A DNA stretch of 64,000 nucleotides from Balanoglossus misakiensis. Its lineage: Eukaryota; Animalia; Hemichordata. The stretch is from the NCBI GenBank assembly GCA_040954595.2, contig CM082581.2, forward strand, positions 11,716,286 through 11,780,285, given 5' to 3'. The translations under genes were made by a program, and so were the position numbers. Below are positions 52,801 through 64,000 of the stretch, in pieces; position 1 is the stretch's first letter; the number at the start of each line of letters is the position of its first letter. Below the pieces are notes generated by a model, which worked only from the letters and a program-made list of their open reading frames with translations, was not told where the DNA came from and ran no database searches.

Positions 52801-54945
52801 TTTTAGTCTGACTTTAGGATAGGCTTTACTCACACTCGACGGTTAAGATGAACCGAAGAGATTAATTGTGATTGATTTTTGCTAGACTCAAACCACCGCC
52901 TTCACCGGACAAGCAGCAAAATCAGGTAGATTGGTGCACGGGGGTTGAAGTTTGGATTGATTGAATACTTTGTTACGGTGGACAACATGGGAGTTATAAG
53001 CTAAGGTGTGCGGTTTACGTCGGCACATGAGAAATGTCCGGGTCAATCCAAAATATGGCCGCCAACAAGACGCGTAAGAACAAACTGTAGCACATAGGTG
53101 AAGATGATGACGTTTTGAAATGTTTAGTTGAACTTTGAAATGACCTGGATTCATACAACTGACATGTCATTAGCAGATGACGCATACATTGCTTAAAGCG
53201 CGGGACTTAAAGGATCTAAAATTATATGGAATTGTTCGAATCGCGAAAATGTGACAAAGATGCAGCAGCTACTGGGTTTTTTATCACAAGACACAAACGC
53301 ATCTTTACTTTATATGCCGAGAGGATAGATCGGCGACATTGAAACACGGATTAGACGTCGCATTGCGGCGATATGGAAGTTCGTTTCATATCAGTATAAA
53401 GCTACAATCAATGATTAAAATCTGATATTTCAGAGAGGTTGTTGATACAGGCAATCTGTAATCACCGGGTTGGATTTGAATTGCAATATATTTATTGGCG
53501 TATCGAAAAATTAATTTCAGCGAGATTTACTCGGGATAGGAAGTATATATTCCGGTAAGGAGATTTGCACAAATTTCAGCGGACCAATTTTGATTTTCAT
53601 GACATTCTAGTTTATATATATCTTGTTTATCTGATGACCATGTGGTAGCGCAATTTCTTTCGCGTGAAAATATGTGAATCGCGGTAGTTCATCGGTCAGA
53701 ACGAGGCAGTTTTCTACGATGTTCACTTGTCCGCGCTCTCTTGACCACGAACCCCGGGGAGAGAGGCAGGGTCTTGTCAGAGGATATTGACAATGACGGT
53801 GAACAAACACAATTAAATGTAAGGCCCCATGCCGATAGGAAGATGTGCAGGACACAACGTGCAGTGTCAGTTTCAACTTGAAGCAGCGGGGAAGAGCAAA
53901 GCGGTTTTAAAGCTTCACCTGGACGCATGTTAATCTAATCACATCGAAAGGGGATCACCCGAAAGACGAGGCGAGTGCGTAATACAGAAGTCTCGGTTCA
54001 AGTCGCCGGGTTAGAAGTTAACGATTCTTTTTCCACTGCGGTGAGTTTCCCTGGCGGATTCTCTTTCTAATGCCCAATCAGTTTGGGAAATATCGCTTCG
54101 AGCGTTCAAATATCCATAGCTGTCGAGAACCGCAATACATCACGCGCCGTCATGCTAATAAGTCCGCTGGGTGTACGTCTATTGATATCTATCAATTTAG
54201 GCGGACGGGATAATGAATAATAGCCACAGAAATGCCCTACTTGTTTTGTTTCGTTTTTATTGAAATCGAAGTGGTAATCAAGTTTCTGACAGGAAAAAAT
54301 CAGACAGCTGTATTAGTCATTCATGGAACTGCCAATAAGAGAAATGGATTTTAACCTGTAATGTTTAAGTGCTTCGTAAAGAAATCATTCGTTATTTAAA
54401 ATCGAAACAATAATTTATATTATTTGTGGAGTACGCCCTCTGTGTTATTGACACGAACATACTGGTCACCAAATTTTGACGCAGACTTGTTCTCGCGCTA
54501 ATTCCTCAATCGTACGACGTCAATGACATCCCACGGCTAGCTGTAATCTGTGGATTAATTTGTTAAAAGTATGTACAACACTTATCTCGGCATTTCACTC
54601 AGAATTTTCATACATACATGATCAATCTTGTACACGGAACCAGCCGTGCGTCCACACAAAACATCTCGATAAAAACCGCTTAATTTGTTCTCATCAATTC
54701 TGACAAACGGAAGTCGGGCTATGCGAGAACATTATGAACATCTATAAATTGAAAATCTCGAGAAAGCGGAAAGTCTGTATAACTGCTCACTCTATCTGAG
54801 TATTAATGTACATGACTGTTTACTTTTTTCAGTTTGATCAATTTTGAATGGCACTGTCAACATTAAAATGTCAAGTGTCGAATCGAAATGCAAGTGTCAT
54901 TAAAGGTTGATATGAAATTTCAGCAAACAATTAACTGTAGTGCGT

Positions 54946-56466
54946 TTAGAAGTACTGGTGGGGTAATTTGAATGTGTTTAGGGCAATAGACCCCGAGCCG
55001 GATCCGGTGTCCTCGTCATAATCGTGGTGTTGCACGCAGGATGTTTCAGGAACGTAGGAATCCACGCTATAAAGCTCCATAGTGCTTGCGATTCCGTTAT
55101 TCTTCCTATATTTGGATATTTTAGGCCAGCACGTGCACAGGATACGTTTGAATGCTCTCTTGAATCCGCGGCTACTCCTGGCGTAGATCATCGGGTTAAA
55201 GGCGCTGTTGAAATATCCCAACCACGTGACTATAGGTAGGACAATGTGGGGTGCCTTAACGCAGTCGGTGCGGCACAGCGCCCAGAGGATGTTATTTGAG
55301 ATGAAGAAGGGAAGCCAGCATATCTCGAACACTCCCATCACGATTCCCAACATCTTGGCCGCTTTGTGCTCCTTGCTAATCCGCGATAACAAACGCCGAC
55401 CCGTGAGCGCTACAAATCCCTTGGCGTCTCTGCGCACGCCCCGGTGACCCATCTTCTTCCCGTAGGCGGCGTGCGCAGCGCCGCCGCGGTGAATCCGCAG
55501 CTCGACTTCGCCGTTCTGCTTCCTCGCACCGGGAGAGGCGTTCACTCGCTTGGTGCCGTGCCTGATGTGGCGGAGCTGCGTAGACGCGGCTCGGTAAATC
55601 TTGTAGTAGGTAAAAATCATGATGACAGTTGGTATATAAAAAGACACAAAGGCAGAAATGATCAGATATTTCGGATCCTCGGTAAAGAGACAGGTATTGG
55701 GAGGCATCGGTGGGTCGACGGCTTTCCACCAGAATATACAGGGGAAAGATATTGCTGCCGAGCACGTCCATACAAGAGATATGAGAATAAAGGCAATTTT
55801 CTTAGTCATATTGGTTGGATAACTCATAGGATAGGTTACGGCCCAATATCTATCTAATGATATCACACAGAGATTCATTATAGAGGCAGTGCTGCCCAGA
55901 ACATCAAGGGCGTGCCAGAGATCGCACCAGAGCCGACCAAATCGCCAGTTCCCGCCGCTCGTGTCGTTGATAATTGCAAACGGCACTACCACTAGGCCAA
56001 TCAGCAAATCAGCAAACGCCAGCGACACAATAAAACAGTTCGTCGTTGTCCGCAAGTAGCGTTCCCTGTACACTGCGAGTATCACCAAGGTATTCCCGAA
56101 GACAATCACGGTGGCGAAGAGAATCAGGAACGTTGCCAGGACGGGCTGTTTTATTTGTAACGGCTCCGCGGCTGAAATGGATAAACCGTTCGAAGTCAGG
56201 TTCTCAAACCCCAGCGAGAAATTAGCGCTTACATTTCCTTCTCCCGTGTCCAGCTCTGAAATTATGCTGTACATCGGCCCCGCAACATCAATGCCTTGCA
56301 TTCTCTTCGTGACGCCCACCTGGCTCGCAGTGATGAGCCAGGACGTCTCTGTCGAGATCGTTCCCGAAATCTCTCCCACTTTTCCATCATCTGCACCGGC
56401 CCCGGATGTAGTCCAGTCGTCAAGCCAATCTTGGACACCGTACGCCGACTCATTCTGTTGATCCAT
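54946..56466 (-). CDS. Dop1R2: Class A aminergic GPCR, invertebrate-type D1-like dopamine receptor (Dop1R2/DAMB/INDR family); intronless CDS, 506 aa from the first ATG
   Basis: Seven TM segments with GN (TM1), SLAFADLLIG (TM2), CDLWHALDVLGSTASIMNLCVISLDRYWA (TM3, amine-binding Asp3.32 and DRY), ISFP..WW (TM4), SFYIP (TM5), LRIHRGG in ICL3, KAAKMLGIVMGVF..CWLPFF (TM6) and NSAFNPMIY (TM7). DRYWA, ISFPxIxWW, CxFTE and LRIHRGG are features I recall from Drosophila Dop1R2. First ATG at 56466 is in strong context (aggATGg); the track start at 56601 is a TTG. Confidence 0.9.
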   Translation of the reverse strand: MDQQNESAYGVQDWLDDWTTSGAGADDGKVGEISGTISTETSWLITASQVGVTKRMQGIDVAGPMYSIISELDTGEGNVSANFSLGFENLTSNGLSISAAEPLQIKQPVLATFLILFATVIVFGNTLVILAVYRERYLRTTTNCFIVSLAFADLLIGLVVVPFAIINDTSGGNWRFGRLWCDLWHALDVLGSTASIMNLCVISLDRYWAVTYPMSYPTNMTKKIAFILISLVWTCSAAISFPCIFWWKAVDPPMPPNTCLFTEDPKYLIISAFVSFYIPTVIMIFTYYKIYRAASTQLRHIRHGTKRVNASPGARKQNGEVELRIHRGGAAHAAYGKKMGHRGVRRDAKGFVALTGRRLLSRISKEHKAAKMLGIVMGVFEICWLPFFISNNILWALCRTDCVKAPHIVLPIVTWLGYFNSAFNPMIYARSSRGFKRAFKRILCTCWPKISKYRKNNGIASTMELYSVDSYVPETSCVQHHDYDEDTGSGSGSIALNTFKLPHQYF

Positions 56467-56606
56467 CCTTACTAATGAAATTAATAACACTTGACTGGAG
56501 GTTGGTAACCAAAAGTTGCCTCGACACAAAGAGGCCGGGCTCCCGATACAAAAATCCAGAGGGCAGGCGTTATGGAGATCCGCTGCGTCTACATCGATCA
56601 ATTCAC

Positions 56607-56630
56607 CTGAATTGAGAAAAGACAGAAAAC
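56607..56630 (-). other. Splice acceptor of the GPCR coding exon (exon starts at 56606)
   Basis: Minus strand reads gttttctgtcttttctcaattcag|GTGAATTG, a strong polypyrimidine tract plus CAG 140 nt upstream of the ATG. Confidence 0.75.
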
Positions 56631-57594
56631 AGAGCAGGCACGTGACATTGCTGTGAGCTTGGAGTGATCACATCACGACCGTTGTCGGTTCTCAGTTTAC
56701 GACAGAGGTTAAACACATCACGACACGGACACACGATTGAATAATTCAAATCAGAGAAAAGCCTATAAAATCCGTTATGTGATAGGCCTACAGCCCACCT
56801 CTTCCGGTCTACGCTCCCTGCACAAATCGGATCGTAAAATCATAACTTGTTTTCTATCATTTCAGGTTACACCTGACGGGCATTGTGACTGTGCACAGTG
56901 CGTGATTTTACGGCTCCAACTGCATTCCCTCTAATGGTGTCTGTTCTCTACATGTTAATTTGGCCGCCGGTTTTACTCTGACAATTTAATACATGCCAAG
57001 ATAACGGTCTGACGGCTACGTAACCGCCAGGTATGCGAGTTGATAAAAAAATCTAAAGCAATGACTGGAGTCGCCGGGCGATTTTTTTGTCGAGAACGTC
57101 ACGTCAACGATTTCCTGTTGACTGTCATCCAATGCTTCCAAGCAATTTCACAAAAAAATGGATCCCTAATTAGGGAAACAATGCGATTGCAATATGGTAT
57201 TAGTAAAGTGGTCTTCTCTAATCGCTTTGCTTACCAGTACACACATATTCGCACGCACATATTGACATACCATTTTCATTAACAAACCCGGTGTACAGCT
57301 CATTGATTTTGAAGCAACACAATGCAAATACACAATATTCAAGTACATGTACACATTACATATCCGATAAAAGCTAGCAACCCCCATTCTCTTTTACTCG
57401 TGGCAACGATCTCAGACAAGCCGACCACCTTGGGTCTTTGCCCCTCTCGTGATCGTAGCTATGCAAAGCGCGGGGGTGGTGGGGGAGCTTCTGGGAGTAA
57501 CAACTTCCTTCAGCGAACGAGAGTTGCTAGGGCCATTGCGTTTTCTCGCAAAAATCGACTATGAGAGACGATGCTCGAATCGGCATCTAAATGA

Positions 57595-57670
57595 ACTTAC
57601 CTCTGATGCAGATCGGTAATGGATTGCCGTTCCGTTTTCTTCGCGCTCCAACAAGCACGCATGGCGGAGC
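57595..57670 (-). other. Candidate 3' end of an upstream 5'UTR exon of the GPCR (donor at 57601/57600)
   Basis: Minus strand CAGAG|gtaagt is a consensus donor about 1 kb upstream of the acceptor, at the edge of a CpG-rich stretch. The exon's 5' boundary is unknown. Confidence 0.45.
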
Positions 57671-60600
57671 AACCGGCTTTTTCGTGAGTTGGAAACAAAT
57701 AGAGACCAGATAAATCAAAGAATGCGCAATTCAAATGATTAAAACGATACCCACAGTCATTATTCACCTTCAATGGTATATCGAATCATTGCAGCTTTCC
57801 AGCAGCCGGTCGTCAACATTTGTACAGATAGCCGCGATATGTAGCTGAGGCAGCGCAGAACTTTTTTTGTTTGTCTGAAACACACACATCAACCCTATAA
57901 ACGACACTGCGATATGTGATGTAACGAGGAATGGCTACTACCACAGTAGTAACCGTACAGAAGTCATAACACGCAGTAGAGTAGTTTGCTTTCCCTGTAC
58001 AGTTCGCTCCTTTCTCCGAGCTGTCTCAGCAAGTTAGGGTTCGAAGATGACGCTCTCGAATTCGCGAAGCCGCGGGAGTAAACGATTCCTAAAGACCGCC
58101 GTTGTGGACCACTGTTTACCACAAAATGTCGAGGGAAAAAGCTCACTTTTCAAATTCCACGCGATGCGAGAAAAGCACATACAAGGTTCGATGCGACTGA
58201 CGCCAAAAAGACCGGGCAGCGGGACAGATGAACGGTGGCACAGAAAATGAACTGTACCCGAGCTTGCCGCGGATGGTCTTCCGACCGTCAAAGGTTTCCC
58301 AATGGCAAAATACGCTCGGGATTATTTCCCAGAGGTTTTCTCTTACGTGCACGTGTACACATGGAAGTCCATGATTTCCAGCGGTCTTCTTTGGTTGAAG
58401 TCTTTACGCGCTAATGCCGTACAGTCCGTCAGTGGTGGTTAGTGAAACCCTTCTAATGGAGCAGGTAAGCAATCACTATCGTTCGTGTTATCATAATAGA
58501 ATTTCTATGTCCGAAATCCTCCGTATCCACAACAACGTATGGAAGTTTTATCGATGGACCGATCCATTTCTGATTCGGGGGGTGTCACTCTATCCGGGGG
58601 GCGTTGTTCATTAGGGTGCCGGTGATACGTGCGCTTTGGTCGCACCCGGCCGCGTTGCTACGCCGAGACTACTACCTTTGTAAGGATTTGACGCTAGCTC
58701 ACCCAGTGGCAGACAGCTTAACAATAGAACAACATAATGATGTAGGGCTGTATACATCTTCCATAACCTCATCAACTAAAGGGTGCATGAAACACTCTGC
58801 TTGAAAGATAAGCGCATTACCGATGCAGTTTCACCGTCTGTGTCAGTGTTGGATGTCACGAATACATCGATGATCATTCAAACACAAACAAGTGATCAGA
58901 ACCAGAAGAAATTACCCGCGTGGCATTTGTTAAACTAACAACCCCGACACACAGAGAAAGAATGGTGACCCCTGACACTGACTATACGTCGGAAGAAAAC
59001 TGCAATTTCAAACGCGACATCAATTGTCCACGAAAAGACTCAGGAACAGCGCCACCTACGACACCAAGAAATTTGACTGGTTATGACGGATTGCGTATGG
59101 AGAAATGAAAGATGTTTACTTCAATATCTGTGTCTACCAGTAAACCCTATTGCTAAACTTTACTGTGGAAGTGAAAATGGGATGCCCCTTCTTGTTTGTG
59201 AAATAAGACATTGGGTCCGCGGCAGTTGCGGTCGCGTTCTTGATAACAATCTTCCGGGATCAAGAATGCGTTTCAAATTCGTCTAAATTAAATGTTGTCA
59301 AGATGGAATGACAGCAATATGAAGCCATAATACAATGTATGCCATTCAAACCTTTATGCGAAAACATACTACCGTCAATTAGTTTATTCTGGGAATGGCG
59401 GCCCACTTTATTTTATCCAATTTAATTTAGTTATTCAAAAGAATCAAATAAGACGCCAGCATCCCAGCTGTACATGAATAATCATCTCTGTCTCCCGAGA
59501 ATTGACTGACTGAAGTGTTTCTGATGAACACGGGTTCTCTTTCGATGGACGACGAGAAAATAACATCTCCACGTGAATAAAAAGTCGGCCACAAAATATA
59601 TACGGGAGAACAATTTAGTGGGAGTCTCTAGACTGTCTTCTAACCACAAGAAACGAAATGTTGGGCTGATTTTTGTGACAGTTCAGAATTAAAAGTGCAA
59701 GGAGACCAACTTGTTTGAAGCAAATAATACTTGAATAGTTGAAGGTCATCGGTATATCAAAGTTGGGTTTCTAGACAAAAGCTGTGATTAAATTCTTGCA
59801 AGACGTGGTCGAATCTATCATTCATTAGACGATTTCTCCGAAGGCCTTGGTATACCAACAAATTGGTGCGGCTACAGTATTGATACGTCACAATATTGGA
59901 TCACTGTCATGCGCAAAAGGACTTATTTGGTGCGCAGGAAGTGTGGTTTACATTTGACGCAGAACTGGTAAATTAATTGAATTTTGAATGAAGCAAGGCC
60001 GTATTATAGAGTATTGAGCGCACTTTTCACAAGTCATACCGGGAAGTGTGGCAAACGTTGTGAACGATTAGCACCTTCCCTCTCTCCTGAAATTAAGTTT
60101 CTTTTGATGTTTCCATTTTCATGACGTCATTAAAGACGACTGAGTCAATACAACATTAAAGGCGACCAATGATGGCCAATCACGGCGTAAAAGCAATCAT
60201 CGCTAAGTAAAACCATTATATCTACGGCGCCGGATGCGGGAGTTTCAATTCAACTCCTCCATTTTCGAACTTGCACTCAGATCAAAATAACGACACAGTT
60301 ATAATTTCTCGCTGTATCAAAACTGCAAAAAGATAAAAGTTTCTGTTGCGACAGATTTTACGAGAAAAGTCGATTTGAACTGACCGCAGACGTTTTTATC
60401 CCACCAGATATCGGCTTGTTCGGAAGTTCGAAAATCATAATAGCTGTTAACAAAAAACGTCAACGCTTTACAAATTTATATTTGGTCATTTTCCCCCGGC
60501 GATGGTACATTATGGCTACAAAATGCTTATATGTTTGGAACAGATTAGTCAATAACAATGCAGAAAATCTTTATCGTTTATTTGTCGATACATTTAATGT

Positions 60601-62628
60601 CGATTTCAGTGCCAGGGGGCTTTGCCCTAACATGATGGAGGCTAACATTTCGCGCTGAGTCGTGCACAACAAAAATGTCATAAAACCAATAATCCATACA
60701 TTTCGCGAGTGGAGTACTTTGGCACAGAAACTATAGCGAGTCTGTCTGTATAAATAGAAATGTAATCTTTGTTTTTCTGTGATTTGACAGGGGACATACA
60801 TTAGTACTATTGCCTCAAACAAAAACACGAAAGTGGACAACTGATAAAAACACGAGCCATCTGAGAGAAATAGTTGGTAAGTTGGCAATGCTCTGCTGTC
60901 ACACCGATTCGTTGAAAACCATTCACAAGGCGTAGAGTGCGGTTCACAACTGTTCATAAAACACATATGTTGCCATTAAATATCACATTATGTCGGTTTG
61001 TCTGTTTGAATGCACTAATCTACGACAGTTTGCGAGGATTTAGACAGTTTTTATCTGTCAAGTTTATCGGGTTGTATCAAAGAGTCAGTGGCTGTATTAT
61101 AACTTCAGATCGTTTATTCCTGAATTGATCTTTATTCTGCACACGTCGTTGATGTTATATATGTGTTGCTGTCGTTTTCACATATATTTAAGTACAGACT
61201 TAAATTCAACTGAAATCACATAATATATAAGAATGATGACTATGCAAATTGAGGCTGTCCTTTCAGTAAAATGCTAGGAAATACAGTAGAATATAAAAGC
61301 GTAATTGATAAGGAGAACAAAACCCCTGGCCACTTCTATATTTTGTGCCGACACAGCTTCACAGTACATAAGTTTGCCTGAGTTCTCTCTGTCGCGCGGG
61401 AAGTTTATTTTCCCCATCGACAACGGTTCATCTGTGAAGCGTTGGTATCATGCAGTGAAAGTGGGTTGTTTTATGGAGATTGCAACGGCGAGCCGACACG
61501 TGCAAATGACACACTCAGAACATTACCATGCCCCAATTTGAGAGCGTTCGTCATGTGATCACCCACACTGTTACGGTATGCGATACTAAAGTGATTGCGA
61601 TGATGTAAAGCACCGTCATTACTGGCAGCAAAGTGTTGGTAATAAAGAAATACTTCTTTTCGCGGCAGGCGTGAACTGTCTCTACATTGCACGTTCTCTC
61701 TTGTTTGTTTAGCCCCTATTTATCACGCTTTTGTGCTCTGATTTTCTGTCTCACTGGGTAGCTCAATATCATGCTGTCCACCTCTCTGTACAGAAACATA
61801 TCATAAGTACTATCGCTGTTGTTGCACCATCTGAGGAACAGTACAAGACCCACAACAAAATCCTGCAGAGCGTCTAAGCAGGCTTTCTAGCAAGCCCAGC
61901 TTTCTGGTGCGTGACTAGATGGGTCGTGTACAGGTGGACGCAACAAATTAACGTAGACCAAGGGAGACTAAAAAGATGGGGAGGATAGGAAAAACTAGAA
62001 AGGACGAGAACATAATTATGCAAATCATCGAAACGTTAGCTTGTGTGAGTATGTACAGAGCTCAGCATTCTCTCCCGTGTCTAATTCTCCTGCGTTGAAT
62101 GCCGTGCAGGAAATATAAGATTTCATGATCTGCCCAATCTCATACATTTGACTGTTCCTTTGTTGCACATGAATGTGAACGGTCGATAATGTTGACAAAG
62201 AAGGTTTTAAATGCAAACGGCTCTACAAACTGTTAAAAACATACCGCCGTGTCGAATCAATAGACCCCCGAGTCAGTTCAAACCCTCGGCGGACACATTC
62301 AAGAGTTAAATGGCAACGCAAATGGACAAAACCTGTCGCTCGCAATGCAATCATCGTTTAGAATTGCACCGCCAAAAGAGTGACCTTGTGTGACGTTGCA
62401 GCAGACGACAGGTGTGATTAACAGTGAGGGAAGAGGTCATGGGGTCGCAAAATGACGTGCCGTGCTTTGATTTTGAGTTTGTGGTCAACAACATTTTACC
62501 CAAAGACACAGCACGAGCACATCTCTTGGATTCTTTCGCCTGTCTTGGGTTTTGTTATATCGGAGCTCTATTGCTGAAGCAAATATTTTGAGCATGAACT
62601 TACAAACACAATTCCTAGAATTTCTTAC

Positions 62629-62702
62629 CTTTTCCTCAGATGGTGAGATAATGCGATTGGCTGCACAGGTAAATCAGCTGATGAAATCAACTTGAAGGTA
62701 AA
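62629..62702 (-). other. Candidate 74-nt internal non-coding exon, probably in the GPCR 5'UTR
   Basis: On the minus strand a long T-run plus cttcttcag acceptor precedes 74 nt ending GAAAAG|gtaaga; both splice sites are near consensus. A TGA lies in the frame that would join the receptor ORF. Confidence 0.5.
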
Positions 62703-63476
62703 CTGAAGAAGAAAAAAAAAGTTGGTTCTTAATTTTTCGAATGGCTGGCATTATCTGGCAATATCTCTGGTTGTAGGAAAGGGAAGCCTTCTCGTTTCTG
62801 CACTATGACGACACTAACTACTTTGATGTGCTGCATCATGTGACTGTGATAATGCACTTCCATCAATGACCAAGGAGAAGTGGGAATACCAAGTGGGTAA
62901 TCAATCTATCTTAAGGAGAAATTCACTGTGTCTACTTCAATATTCCTTTTCATTTTGTTAGAAACGAGGACTTCGTGAGAATGCTTTCTTATCTTTGAAC
63001 AATTCTTTTCTCGGTATTGTTTCGTCGTAGTCGATAACAAGTACATGCCCATTGAATGTGCTACTATACATTCAAGGCTAGCAGATAATATATCACAGAT
63101 CACGAATTGCAGAAACTGGCATTCACGGTTCAGTTTCCAAGTCATTGGCACAACGCATGCGCCAAATATCCCCGTTAAGATTGTGAAATGCATGCACGCA
63201 AAACGATAGCATTGTTGAAAACGAGAATGTTCTCGCTATATGGTGATGCCGGCGCTCTATTTTTAAATTGCATCGTTGACGTGCAGAGAGGCTGTATCAG
63301 ACAGTGTAACAATACAGGAGTTGTGTTAATGGAGGCGAAAAAAGAATGAGTGCATACGCATACAATACATGTCTCATCGTGAACTTATGAACTGGCCAGT
63401 AGAAATGATTGACAGCTCCAGAACGTGACAATACCGAATTCAAGAACCTGGTGACTATGTTCACCGTGAGACACCA

Positions 63477-63698
63477 GTTTATTGTCGGGTGGTAGGGATT
63501 ATGAAAGCAAATGTGAGTCACGACACACAAACAGAAAAACGCTTCATCATTAAATAAATGTTTATTGTCGGGTGGTAGGGATTATGAAAGCAGATATGAT
63601 GAAGCATTCATTCCTTTCCTACCACCCATTTTGTTTGGGGAAAGGGTATCTGAGTCACGACACACAAACAGAAAAATGCTTCATCATTAAATAAATGT
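63477..63698. repeat. Local tandem duplication of an 83-bp unit; second copy carries about 58 extra bp
   Basis: gtttattgtcgggtggtagggattatgaaagca at 63477 and 63560; tgagtcacgacacacaaacagaaaaa(c/t)gcttcatcattaaataaatgt at 63514 and 63651. Confidence 0.88.
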
Positions 63699-64000
63699 AC
63701 TTACTCTCGACTAAACGCCATAACTACATGTATGCATGAAAGCCTGGATTACAAATCTGACACCCTCCTTTAAAACGTTAGAGTTATAATTAAAACAGAC
63801 AAGATGTATAAAGGGAATAGTGAGAACACTTTATTTGACAAAGCATTCCCCAGCTGTAGGACTGTACCACATTGTTCCCAGTAAAAACGTGCCTGTGCTG
63901 TGAGTTCAAAATATGCTCATTTTGTCTTCCTTTACTCACAGAGGTCACCCAAACGATAGAGTTCAAACAAGCAGATGCACGTACTGCAAGAAACGGAAGT

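Noticed and set aside
56467-56601. 45-aa N-terminal extension of the GPCR as given in the ORF track
   Set aside because: It starts at TTG, 5 nt inside a splice acceptor; the first ATG (56466) has strong Kozak context. Treated as 5'UTR unless a coding upstream exon is shown.

Overview
Eukaryotic (animal) genomic DNA, by inference from an invertebrate, plausibly an invertebrate deuterostome. (1) + strand, 1466-12752: five spliced coding exons of a kinase-less FGF receptor-like gene, FGFRL1 (Ig1, Gly/Ser linker, Ig2, Ig3, TM plus His-rich tail). All introns are GT-AG and phase 1. I could not find the signal-peptide exon, which probably lies upstream of the window. The likely 3'UTR runs to an AATAAA at 14310 and contains a 199-bp MITE. 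(2) About 25939-43311: a 17.4-kb composite satellite in which about 150 copies of an 88-bp monomer (B) sit inside an array of a related 86-bp monomer (A). Both A/B switches occur in register at the same 13-bp motif, and 6-monomer duplication steps recur in both arrays. (3) - strand, 54946-56466: an intronless aminergic GPCR coding region of the invertebrate D1-like (Dop1R2/INDR) type, convergent with FGFRL1, with candidate 5'UTR exons upstream. The remainder is non-coding, and nearly all short ORFs in the supplied track look spurious. I recognised no tRNA, rRNA, CRISPR array or transposase. The nested satellite is the most unusual structure.
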